Part shown: one piece after another, positions 1 through 6,215 of the stretch
How the letters are laid out: each line of letters starts with the position of its first letter
How positions within the stretch are numbered: the first letter of the stretch is position 1
DNA from: Dehalococcoidia bacterium
Lineage (GTDB): Bacteria; Chloroflexota; Dehalococcoidia; Lucifugimonadales; CAJWER01
Assembly: GCA_965261325.1 (NCBI GenBank)
Contig: CBDHCU010000001.1
Coordinates: 191,200 to 255,199, forward strand
DNA: 64,000 nt
Reading direction: 5' to 3'
Notes under the pieces: model-generated
Told to the model about the DNA's origin: nothing
Databases searched by the model: none
What the model saw: only the letters and a program-made list of their open reading frames with translations
Translations under genes and position numbers: made by a program

Positions 1-168
1 TCATTCGACCTTCCCGTAGAATGCTCATCCACGCCCCGAACATACCTGTCGAGGCAGTCCTGCCTGCGCCACCCGGACTGGCACTCATTCGCACCCCTCG
101 ATATGCCAACCGCAAGTGTCCCGGACCCGCTGCAAACATCTTGAGAGTGAATTAGTTGGAGCAGATGG
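1..168 (+). mobile_element. IS4-family insertion sequence, copy A (3' end only, cut by window edge)
   Basis: Bases 1..168 match 3099..3266 of the complete copy B. They include the last ~51 transposase codons (stop at 151-153) and the right terminal inverted repeat AATTAGTTGGAGCAGATGG. Confidence 0.9.
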
Positions 169-433
169 GGTTTGAAACCCGCCCCTACAGCCGGGCACGC
201 AAACATCCCCCTCATCCCTTCGGCAAGTTCAGGGCAGGCTCCACCCCCCTCAAGACCGGGGATGGGTTCCCGCCTCCGCGGGAATGACGGCCATGCGCGC
301 GGGAATGACGGTTGTGGTGTGCAAGTTGTTGGCCCCGCTCGGCCCGGTTGGGCGGCGGGGCGGGTTCAGACCCAGATTTTGAACCGGCTGGGTCTGGGGA
401 TGCCGGCCTCGCGCATCTTGTCGAAGGGCCGCT

Positions 434-1741
434 TCATCCAGACGCTCTCGGCCTTGGGCGTGGTCCCGGGTTCGCGGGAGCGGCGGCGCTTGGGCGAAGT
501 TTTCTTCTGATAGACCTGGGGTATGCCGGGGCGTACTCCCAGATGTATTTGCCGTACGCGTCTGGGACCTCGCCTGAGATCCAGTAGCGGACTTCGTCGT
601 CTTCGTCGTTCTCCTTGTCTTTGCCGTGGAAGACGGCGGCTACCTCGTCGTATGCCTGGACGAACTTGTGGATTGGGTGGGACGGGTCGCGCTGGGCTTC
701 GGCGATCTTGCGGTCGATGTCGTAGCAGCCGCGGTGGTCGTTCGTGTCGTCTGCGTCGGCGGGGCCGGGGATGGGTTCCCGCCCCGTATCGAGTACGGGG
801 CAGGCTCTTCTCGGGAATGACGGAGCACCCTCACCCTCACCCCAGCCCTCTCCCGTCAAGGGAGAGGGGGACGGCGGGAGCCCGTCCTCATCCCCGCCGC
901 CCTGGATACCGGGTTCCGCCGGTATGACGGTCAGGTCTGCTTCGTCGGTGCTGGGGATGGGTTCCCGCTTTCGCGGGAATGACGATCCGTCGGGCGGGAA
1001 TGACCCTTCGACTGCGCTCAGGGCAGGCTCTTCGGCGGGGCTCAGGGCAGGCTCAACTGGAAGGGAGCCGGAGCGGGCGATCTCGTCGCGGGCTATGTGT
1101 CCGAGGAGCTCGCTGGCGGCATCGACCCTCTGGCGGGGCCTGAAGCCGCGGACTACGCCGTGCATGACGTGCATGAGGAAGCTGACGACGGTCTTGCCGT
1201 GGTCGGTGCTCCCGTGGACGATGCCCGTGACGCGGGGGTCGTGGGCGAGGGATGGGGCGGCGAGGGCCGAGGCGAGGTATTCGAGGGCCTCGTGGCGCGC
1301 GCGGGCGGTTTTGGCGCAGTCGGCGTCCGGCCGGGGATGGGTTCCCGTCGCCACGGGAATGACGGTGGTGTCGCCACGGGAACGACGGGTGGTGTCGCCA
1401 CTGGAACGACGGGTGGTGTCGCCACTGGAACGACGGGTGGTGTCGCCACTGGAACGACGGGTGGTGGTGTCGCGGGTGCGCTTGCGGAGTATGACGTGGT
1501 TGCATTCGAGGCCGGTGAGCTGGGCTATGTATTCGGAGACGAGCCCGGGAGCGATGGCGTGGACCTGCTCGGCGGCTTCGAGCCTGTGGCATACTTCGAA
1601 GCCGTCGTCGTTTAGCTTTCCCTCGATGACGTCGAGGTAGAAGCGGACGATGGTCTCGCCGTTGTTGGTCTCGCGGCGGACGATGTCCGCGAGTGTGGGC
1701 GGCTCGGACTGTTCGGTGTTGCGTTCTTTGTTATGGCTCAT
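434..1741 (-). CDS. IS-linked paralog P1, unknown function (C-terminal tail out of frame relative to P2/P3)
   Basis: 435-aa ORF. It is highly similar to 3464..4882 and 21715..23149 in its N-terminal, middle and C-terminal blocks. The G-run at 492-494 is one base shorter than in P2 and P3, so the conserved tail ...KRSRSREPGTTPKAESIW.KRPFDKMREAGIPRPSRFKIWV (ancestral stop at 366-368) is lost. Confidence 0.7.
   Translation of the reverse strand: MSHNKERNTEQSEPPTLADIVRRETNNGETIVRFYLDVIEGKLNDDGFEVCHRLEAAEQVHAIAPGLVSEYIAQLTGLECNHVILRKRTRDTTTRRSSGDTTRRSSGDTTRRSSGDTTRRSRGDTTVIPVATGTHPRPDADCAKTARARHEALEYLASALAAPSLAHDPRVTGIVHGSTDHGKTVVSFLMHVMHGVVRGFRPRQRVDAASELLGHIARDEIARSGSLPVEPALSPAEEPALSAVEGSFPPDGSSFPRKREPIPSTDEADLTVIPAEPGIQGGGDEDGLPPSPSPLTGEGWGEGEGAPSFPRRACPVLDTGREPIPGPADADDTNDHRGCYDIDRKIAEAQRDPSHPIHKFVQAYDEVAAVFHGKDKENDEDDEVRYWISGEVPDAYGKYIWEYAPAYPRSIRRKLRPSAAAPANPGPRPRPRASG
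1347..1468. repeat. 24-bp tandem repeat (about 5 units) inside P1, encoding TTRRSSGD octapeptides
   Basis: GTCGCCAC(G/T)GGAA(T/C)GACGG(G)TGGT is repeated head to tail. The unit is the right arm of an R1 hairpin (TTCCCGT CGCC ACGGGAA). Confidence 0.9.
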
Positions 1742-1748
1742 ACGTTCT

Positions 1749-1778
1749 ACTATGAGGGATCGGGTGGGGGTTTGTCAA
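1749..1778 (-). promoter_or_regulatory. Putative sigma70-type promoter of P1 (TTGACA, 18-nt spacer, CATAGT), start codon 7 nt after the -10
   Basis: Minus strand reads TTGACAaacccccacccgatccctCATAGTagaacgtATG. It is positionally homologous to the consensus promoter of P2. Confidence 0.5.
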
Positions 1779-1820
1779 GGGGTTGGACTTGCGATCTACA
1801 ACGACAGGGCGGGTTTAAAA

Positions 1821-3266
1821 CCATCTGCTCCAACTAATTGATAAAAAGAACCGTCCTTTCCTTTGGGTAGTCCTCCTTTGGATAGTATCAGGATAAGACT
1901 ACTCCAAAGGAGGGACAGAGCGAAATGTCCACCAGTACCGGGGACGATACAGCCACCATCGGGAGCATAGAGGAGTTTCTTCAGCAGTGTTTGAAGGACA
2001 TGGAGCCAGACCACAGTCTCAAGGGCCCTGGCAGGCCGCGCGTCCTGCCCGCAATGGCTCTGTGGGCAGGGCTGCTGGTCTGCGTCCTGAGAGGCTTCGG
2101 CAGCCAATTGGCGGTGTGGCGTCTTATCTCGGAACGCGGACTCTGGTTCTTCCCCCGATTCCCGGTTACAGACCAAGCGGTCTACAAGAGGCTCCATAGC
2201 GCGGGAACCAAGCCATTGGAGAGACTCTTCGAGCAGATCAGCGGCGTATTGGCACAACGATTGCAGGGTGTGGTAACGGAGAAGCTGGCGCCATTCGCCG
2301 AGGGCGTGGTGTGCATAGACGAGAGTACACTGGACGCCATGTCGAGAAGGCTTCCGCCTCTGAGAGAGATTCCCCAAGGCGATAGCCGTCTGCTCCCTGG
2401 CAAGCTGGCTGGCGTGTTCGACGTGAGAGGCCAGCAGTGGCGGACCGTCATGTTTCAGCCGGACCCACATCAGAACGAGAAGGTGTTGGCGCGGAAGTTG
2501 GTGGAAGACCTGCCAGCGGGAACACTGGTGGTCGCAGACTTGGGATACTTCGGCTTCGCCTGGTTCGACTGGCTCACGGACAGGGGTTACCACTGGCTGA
2601 GCAGGCTGAGAGCAAAGACCAGCTACAAGGTGATACATACCTTCTACCATCGGGGCGACGTCTTCGATGGCATCGTGTGGCTGGGAGCCCATCGCGCCGA
2701 CCGGGCCAAACACGCCGTTCGGCTGGTGACTTTCAGACAAGGCAATACGCTGCGCCGCTACATCACCAACGTTCGGGAGCCTCACACATTCCCGATTGCA
2801 TCCATGGCCGAGGTCTACGCTCGCAGGTGGGACATCGAGATGGCGCTCAAGTTGGTCAAGCAACACCTCAAGCTGCGTCTTCTGTGGTCCGCCAAGTTGG
2901 TGGTGATCCAGCAACAGATATGGGCGACGTTGATAATCTCGCAGATTCTTCAGTCGATGCGGCTTGAGATAGCCCACAGGGCCGGGGTGGACCCGTTCGA
3001 GGTGTCCATCGGCCTGCTGGTCGAGTATGCGCCACAGTATGCCTATGAAGGCAGGGACCCTGTGAAGATCTTCGTGGAGCGAGGGCGTGAGCTGGGCTTC
3101 ATTCGACCTTCCCGTAGAATGCTCATCCACGCCCCGAACATACCTGTCGAGGCAGTCCTGCCTGCGCCACCCGGACTGGCACTCATTCGCACCCCTCGAT
3201 ATGCCAACCGCAAGTGTCCCGGACCCGCTGCAAACATCTTGAGAGTGAATTAGTTGGAGCAGATGG
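1821..3266 (+). mobile_element. IS4-family insertion sequence, copy B (complete, 1446 bp)
   Basis: Perfect 19-bp terminal inverted repeats CCATCTGCTCCAACTAATT at 1821-1839 and 3248-3266 (reverse complement). It carries a single transposase ORF. Flanks are GGTTTAAAA (left) and GGTTTGAAA (right), consistent with a 9-bp target duplication. Confidence 0.9.
1925..3253 (+). CDS. IS4-family DDE transposase (442 aa)
   Basis: Candidate DDE residues lie in ...VVCIDEST..., ...LVVADLGYFGF... and ...YARRWDIEMALKLVK. The last segment fits the IS4 Y-(2)-R-(3)-E-(6)-K signature. It differs by 1 aa from the copy at 20106..21434. Confidence 0.9.
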   Translation: MSTSTGDDTATIGSIEEFLQQCLKDMEPDHSLKGPGRPRVLPAMALWAGLLVCVLRGFGSQLAVWRLISERGLWFFPRFPVTDQAVYKRLHSAGTKPLERLFEQISGVLAQRLQGVVTEKLAPFAEGVVCIDESTLDAMSRRLPPLREIPQGDSRLLPGKLAGVFDVRGQQWRTVMFQPDPHQNEKVLARKLVEDLPAGTLVVADLGYFGFAWFDWLTDRGYHWLSRLRAKTSYKVIHTFYHRGDVFDGIVWLGAHRADRAKHAVRLVTFRQGNTLRRYITNVREPHTFPIASMAEVYARRWDIEMALKLVKQHLKLRLLWSAKLVVIQQQIWATLIISQILQSMRLEIAHRAGVDPFEVSIGLLVEYAPQYAYEGRDPVKIFVERGRELGFIRPSRRMLIHAPNIPVEAVLPAPPGLALIRTPRYANRKCPGPAANILRVN

Positions 3267-3463
3267 GGTTTGAAACCCGCCCCTACAGCCGGGCACGCAA
3301 ACATCCCCCTCATCCCTTCGACAAGCTCAGGGCAGGCTCCGCCCCCCTCAAGACCGGGGATGGGTTCCCGCCTCCGCGGGAATGACGGCCATGCGCGCGG
3401 GAATGACGGTTGTGGTGTGCAAGTTGTTGGCCCCGCTCGGCCCGGTTGGGCGGCGGGGCGGGT

Positions 3464-4882
3464 TCAGACCCAGATTTTGAACCGGCTGGGTCTGGGGATG
3501 CCGGCCTCGCGCATCTTGTCGAAGGGCCGCTTCATCCAGATGCTCTCGGCCTTGGGCGTAGTCCCGGGTTCGCGGGAGCGGCTTCGCTTGGGGCGAAGTT
3601 TTCTTCTGATCGACCTGGGGTATGCCGGGGCGTACTCCCAGATGTATTTGCCGTAGGCGTCTGGGACCTCGCCTGAGATCCAGTAGCGGACTTCGTCGTC
3701 TTCGTCGTTCTCCTTGTCTTTGCCGTGGAAGACGGCGGCTACCTCGTCGTATGCCTGGACGAACTTGTGGATGGGGTGGGCCGGGTCGCGCTGGGCTTCG
3801 GCGATCTTGCGGTCTATGTCGTAGCAGCGGCGCTGTGAGTCAGTGGGCTCCGGGTCGTCTTCACCCTCACCCCAGCCCTCTCCCGTCAAGGGAGAGGGGG
3901 ACGGCGGGAGCCCGCCCTCATCCCCGCCGCCCTGGAAAGCCGGTGTGACGGTCAGGTCTGCTTCGTCGGTGCTGGGGATGGGTTCCCGCCCCGTATCGAG
4001 TACGGGGCAGGCTCTTCGCGGGAATGACGGAGCACCCTCACCCTCACCCCAGCCCTCTCCCGTCAAGGGAGAGGGGGACGGCGGGAGCCCGCCCTCATCC
4101 CCGCCGCCCTGGAAAGCCGGTGTGACGGTCAGGTCTGCTTCGTCGGTGCCGGGGATGGGTTCCCGCCTTCGCGGGAATGACGATGAAGCTGCCGGGAATG
4201 ACGGAGCACCCTCACCCTCTCCCGTCGAGGGAGAGGGGGGTACGGAGCCGGAGCGGGCGATCTCGTCGCGGGCTATGTGGCCGAGGAGCTCGCTGGCGGC
4301 ATCGACCCTCTGGCGGGGCCTGAAGCCGCGGACTACGCCGTGCATGACGTGCATGAGGAAGCTGACGACGGTCTTGCCGTGGTCGGTGCTCTCGTGGACG
4401 ATGCCGGCTACGCGCGGGTCGACGGCGAGGGATGGGGCGGCGAGGGCGGATGCGAGGTATTCGAGGGCTTCGTGGCGCGCGCGGGCGGTTTTGGCGCAGT
4501 CGGCGTCCGGCCGGGGATGGGTTCCCGTCGCCACGGGAATGACGGTGGTGTCGCCACGGGAACGACGGGTGGTGTCGTCACGGGAACGACGGGTGGCGTC
4601 GTCACGGGAATGACGGGTGGTGTCGCGGGTGCGCTTGCGGAGTATGACGTGGTTGCATTCGAGGCCGGTGAGCTGGGCTATGTATTCGGAGACGAGCCCG
4701 GGAGCGATGGCGTGGATCTGCTCGGCGGCTTCGAGCCTGTGGCAGACTTCGAAGCCTTCGTCGTTTAGCTTTCCCTCGATGACGTCGAGGTAGAAGCGGA
4801 CGATGGTCTCGCCGTTGTTGGTCTCTCGGCGGACGATGTCCGCTAGTGTGGGTGGCTCGGACTGTTCGGTGTTGTCGTACAT
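3464..4882 (-). CDS. IS-linked paralog P2, unknown function (the only apparently intact copy, 472 aa)
   Basis: I start it at ATG 4882 (MYDNTEQSEPPTLADIV...), directly behind a consensus promoter. The track ORF extends to 5191 only because it reads through MITE sequence. The N-terminal, middle and C-terminal blocks are conserved with P1 and P3. Confidence 0.75.
   Translation of the reverse strand: MYDNTEQSEPPTLADIVRRETNNGETIVRFYLDVIEGKLNDEGFEVCHRLEAAEQIHAIAPGLVSEYIAQLTGLECNHVILRKRTRDTTRHSRDDATRRSRDDTTRRSRGDTTVIPVATGTHPRPDADCAKTARARHEALEYLASALAAPSLAVDPRVAGIVHESTDHGKTVVSFLMHVMHGVVRGFRPRQRVDAASELLGHIARDEIARSGSVPPSPSTGEGEGAPSFPAASSSFPRRREPIPGTDEADLTVTPAFQGGGDEGGLPPSPSPLTGEGWGEGEGAPSFPRRACPVLDTGREPIPSTDEADLTVTPAFQGGGDEGGLPPSPSPLTGEGWGEGEDDPEPTDSQRRCYDIDRKIAEAQRDPAHPIHKFVQAYDEVAAVFHGKDKENDEDDEVRYWISGEVPDAYGKYIWEYAPAYPRSIRRKLRPKRSRSREPGTTPKAESIWMKRPFDKMREAGIPRPSRFKIWV
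3861..4165. repeat. In-frame tandem duplication (period 177 bp = 59 codons) inside the P2 linker
   Basis: CCCAGCCCTCTCCCGTCAAGGGAGAGGGGGACGGCGGGAGCCCGCCCTCATCCCCGCCGCCCTGGAAAGCCGGTGTGACGGTCAGGTCTGCTTCGTCGGTGC.GGGGATGGGTTCCCGCC occurs from 3871 and again from 4048. Confidence 0.85.
4527..4622. repeat. 24-bp tandem repeat (4 units) inside P2
   Basis: Same unit as 1347..1468 but a different copy number and sequence variants (TTRHSRDD/ATRRSRDD/TTRRSRGD). Confidence 0.85.
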
Positions 4883-4889
4883 GGGTTCT

Positions 4890-4917
4890 ATTATAGGGGT
4901 AAATGGAGGGTTGTCAA
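4890..4917 (-). promoter_or_regulatory. Consensus sigma70-type promoter of P2 (TTGACA, 16-nt spacer, TATAAT), ATG 7 nt after the -10 (leaderless-type)
   Basis: Minus strand reads cacTTGACAaccctccatttaccccTATAATagaacccATGtacgac. Confidence 0.6.
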
Positions 4918-5000
4918 GTGGGATTTTCAGCCAAGAGGGCACGGAGGGGGAAGTTTTGAGTTTTGGGGGAGAGTTTCGGGAGAGAGGAGTTACGCAAGTT

Positions 5001-5100
5001 ATACCAATTTGGCGTGATGCCGCCGTATATGTGCGGCCAGGGAGTGGGTTCCCGCCTTCGCGGGAATGACGGCCAATTTGGCGTGATGCCGCCATATAGG
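5001..5100 (+). repeat. MITE1-related rearranged copy with short-loop R1 core
   Basis: ATACCAATTTGGCGTGATGCCGCCGTATATGTGCGGCCAGGGAGTGGGTTCCCGCCTTCGCGGGAATGACGG is followed by a direct repeat of CCAATTTGGCGTGATGCCGCCATATA. Confidence 0.7.
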
Positions 5101-5111
5101 GGCTGAAAGAG

Positions 5112-5225
5112 CAGGGCCTTTCCAAAGTCCGTTCGTGGTGAGCCTGTCGAACCACAATTGGGGCCTTCGACAAGCTCAGGCCGAACGGCAAGGTACGACC
5201 CTATCTCAACAATGGAAAGGCCCTG
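5112..5225 (+). mobile_element. MITE4 copy a (114 bp, 13-bp perfect TIR CAGGGCCTTTCCA)
   Basis: Near-identical to 30951..31063 (inverted), 41670..41783 and 53014..53127. Confidence 0.85.
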
Positions 5226-5340
5226 GCGCCAAACGCGTCCGGTAGCATGACCGGCTGTTTGATTGTAGAATGGTGCCGCTTCCGGCGATGGACCATCGCG
5301 GTCGTCGATCGGGGCAATACGGCAGGCAGGCTAGGTCGTC

Positions 5341-6108
5341 ATGAAAAGAGCATATGGATTGTTCGTATTCCTTGTCGCCCTTCTCGCTGTGGGTGCCTTC
5401 GCCGCGTGCGGATCGGGCGAAGAGGAGGCCGTGGAGCCGACGGGCATAGCGAGCACCGCGGCGGAGAAGACAGCGGCCGCTGCACCGGCCGACACGCCGG
5501 TTACGAGACGGACGCCTGTACCTGCACCCAAGGAGCCCGCAGTGCGAATGAAGCAGTACGACAGCTATCCCGCCATGACGATAGATCCCGACAAGTCCTA
5601 CACCGCCACCTTCGAACTGGAGAAGGGCGGTCAGTTCGAGGTCGAGCTCTACGCCAAAGAGGCCCCGAAGACCGTCAACAGCTTCGTTTTCCTGGCGCGG
5701 GACGGCTTCTACGACGGCGTAACCTTCCACCGCGTCATCGAGGGATTCATGGCACAGGGAGGCGACCCCACGGGGACTGGCTCCGGAGGCCCGGGCTACA
5801 GCTTCGAAAACGAGGTGAGCCTCGAGCGCAGGCACGATGCCCCTGGGACCCTGTCGATGGCGAACTCGGGCGGCAGCGCCTCGAACGGAAGCCAGTTCTT
5901 CATCACATTCATACCCACACCCTTCCTGGATGGCTATGAAGCGGACGGCACTGCCAAGGACTGCTCCCAGCGGGGCGTGTCCTGCCATACGGTGTTCGGC
6001 CGCGTAGTCGACGGCATTGATGTCGTCAACTCGATCTCCCTCCGCGACCCGGCCACGTCGAGGACGCCGGGCGATGCCATCAAGACGATCACGATCACCG
6101 AGGAGTAG
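5341..6108 (+). CDS. Peptidyl-prolyl cis-trans isomerase, cyclophilin type, lipoprotein
   Basis: FHRVIEGFMAQGGDPTGTGSGGPGYSFENE motif. N-terminal signal with a lipobox-like LLAVGAFAACGSG. Confidence 0.9.
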   Translation: MKRAYGLFVFLVALLAVGAFAACGSGEEEAVEPTGIASTAAEKTAAAAPADTPVTRRTPVPAPKEPAVRMKQYDSYPAMTIDPDKSYTATFELEKGGQFEVELYAKEAPKTVNSFVFLARDGFYDGVTFHRVIEGFMAQGGDPTGTGSGGPGYSFENEVSLERRHDAPGTLSMANSGGSASNGSQFFITFIPTPFLDGYEADGTAKDCSQRGVSCHTVFGRVVDGIDVVNSISLRDPATSRTPGDAIKTITITEE

Positions 6109-6150
6109 CGGTTCGCCGCGGGACACGGGCACACTGCGGAGAACTAAAGA

Positions 6151-6179
6151 GGGGGACCGCCCGCAATGGGCGGTCCCCC
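6151..6179. terminator. Putative bidirectional intrinsic terminator between convergent genes
   Basis: Perfect 12-bp stem GGGGGACCGCCC / GGGCGGTCCCCC with a 5-nt loop. It lies between the cyclophilin stop (6108) and the stop of the minus-strand gene (6216), with A/T-enriched flanks. Confidence 0.6.
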
Positions 6180-6215
6180 TGCCTTTGATGGACTTCGGTT
6201 AGTGCGAGCGCTGCG

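Noticed and set aside
740-1470. Possible CRISPR array, given the many copies of the same ~25-55 bp palindromic unit in the P loci
   Set aside because: The units have irregular spacing and several lengths. The sequence between units is itself other repeat families or conserved coding sequence. No cas genes or leader are present. The strictly periodic part (24 bp) has no spacers.
744-1640. Plus-strand ORFs over the paralog loci (744..1640, 3843..4613, 22094..23020) and small ORFs such as 172..510 and 3270..3656 encoding GMGSRLRGNDG-type peptides
   Set aside because: They are translations of the palindromic repeats and of the antisense strand of P1 to P3. The minus-strand frame is the one with a promoter, conserved blocks and an internal domain duplication.
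1796-3313. 505-aa minus-strand ORF antisense to the transposase (also 20229..21545 on the other IS copy)
   Set aside because: It lies fully antisense to a gene with clear DDE/YREK motifs, and its translation is low-complexity with no recognisable motif. Long shadow ORFs of this kind are typical of GC-rich DNA.
3833-4252. Diversity-generating retroelement as the source of linker variability
   Set aside because: There is no reverse transcriptase ORF in the window and no template/variable repeat pair with adenine-specific differences. The variation consists of whole-unit indels, not point substitutions.
5096-5112. GGGGCTGAAAG resembling a tmRNA 5' end
   Set aside because: There is no matching 3' acceptor/T-arm, tag reading frame or CCA end nearby. 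The sequence lies between two repeat elements.
4883-5191. N-terminal extension of the P2 ORF (track ORF 3464..5191), and similar extensions of 29935..31041, 34265..35437 and 51932..52897
   Set aside because: The extensions translate MITE or R1 sequence (for example MPFGLSLSKAPIVVRQAHHERTLERP). They are absent from the paralogs or family homologues. Better-supported internal starts exist with an RBS or promoter.
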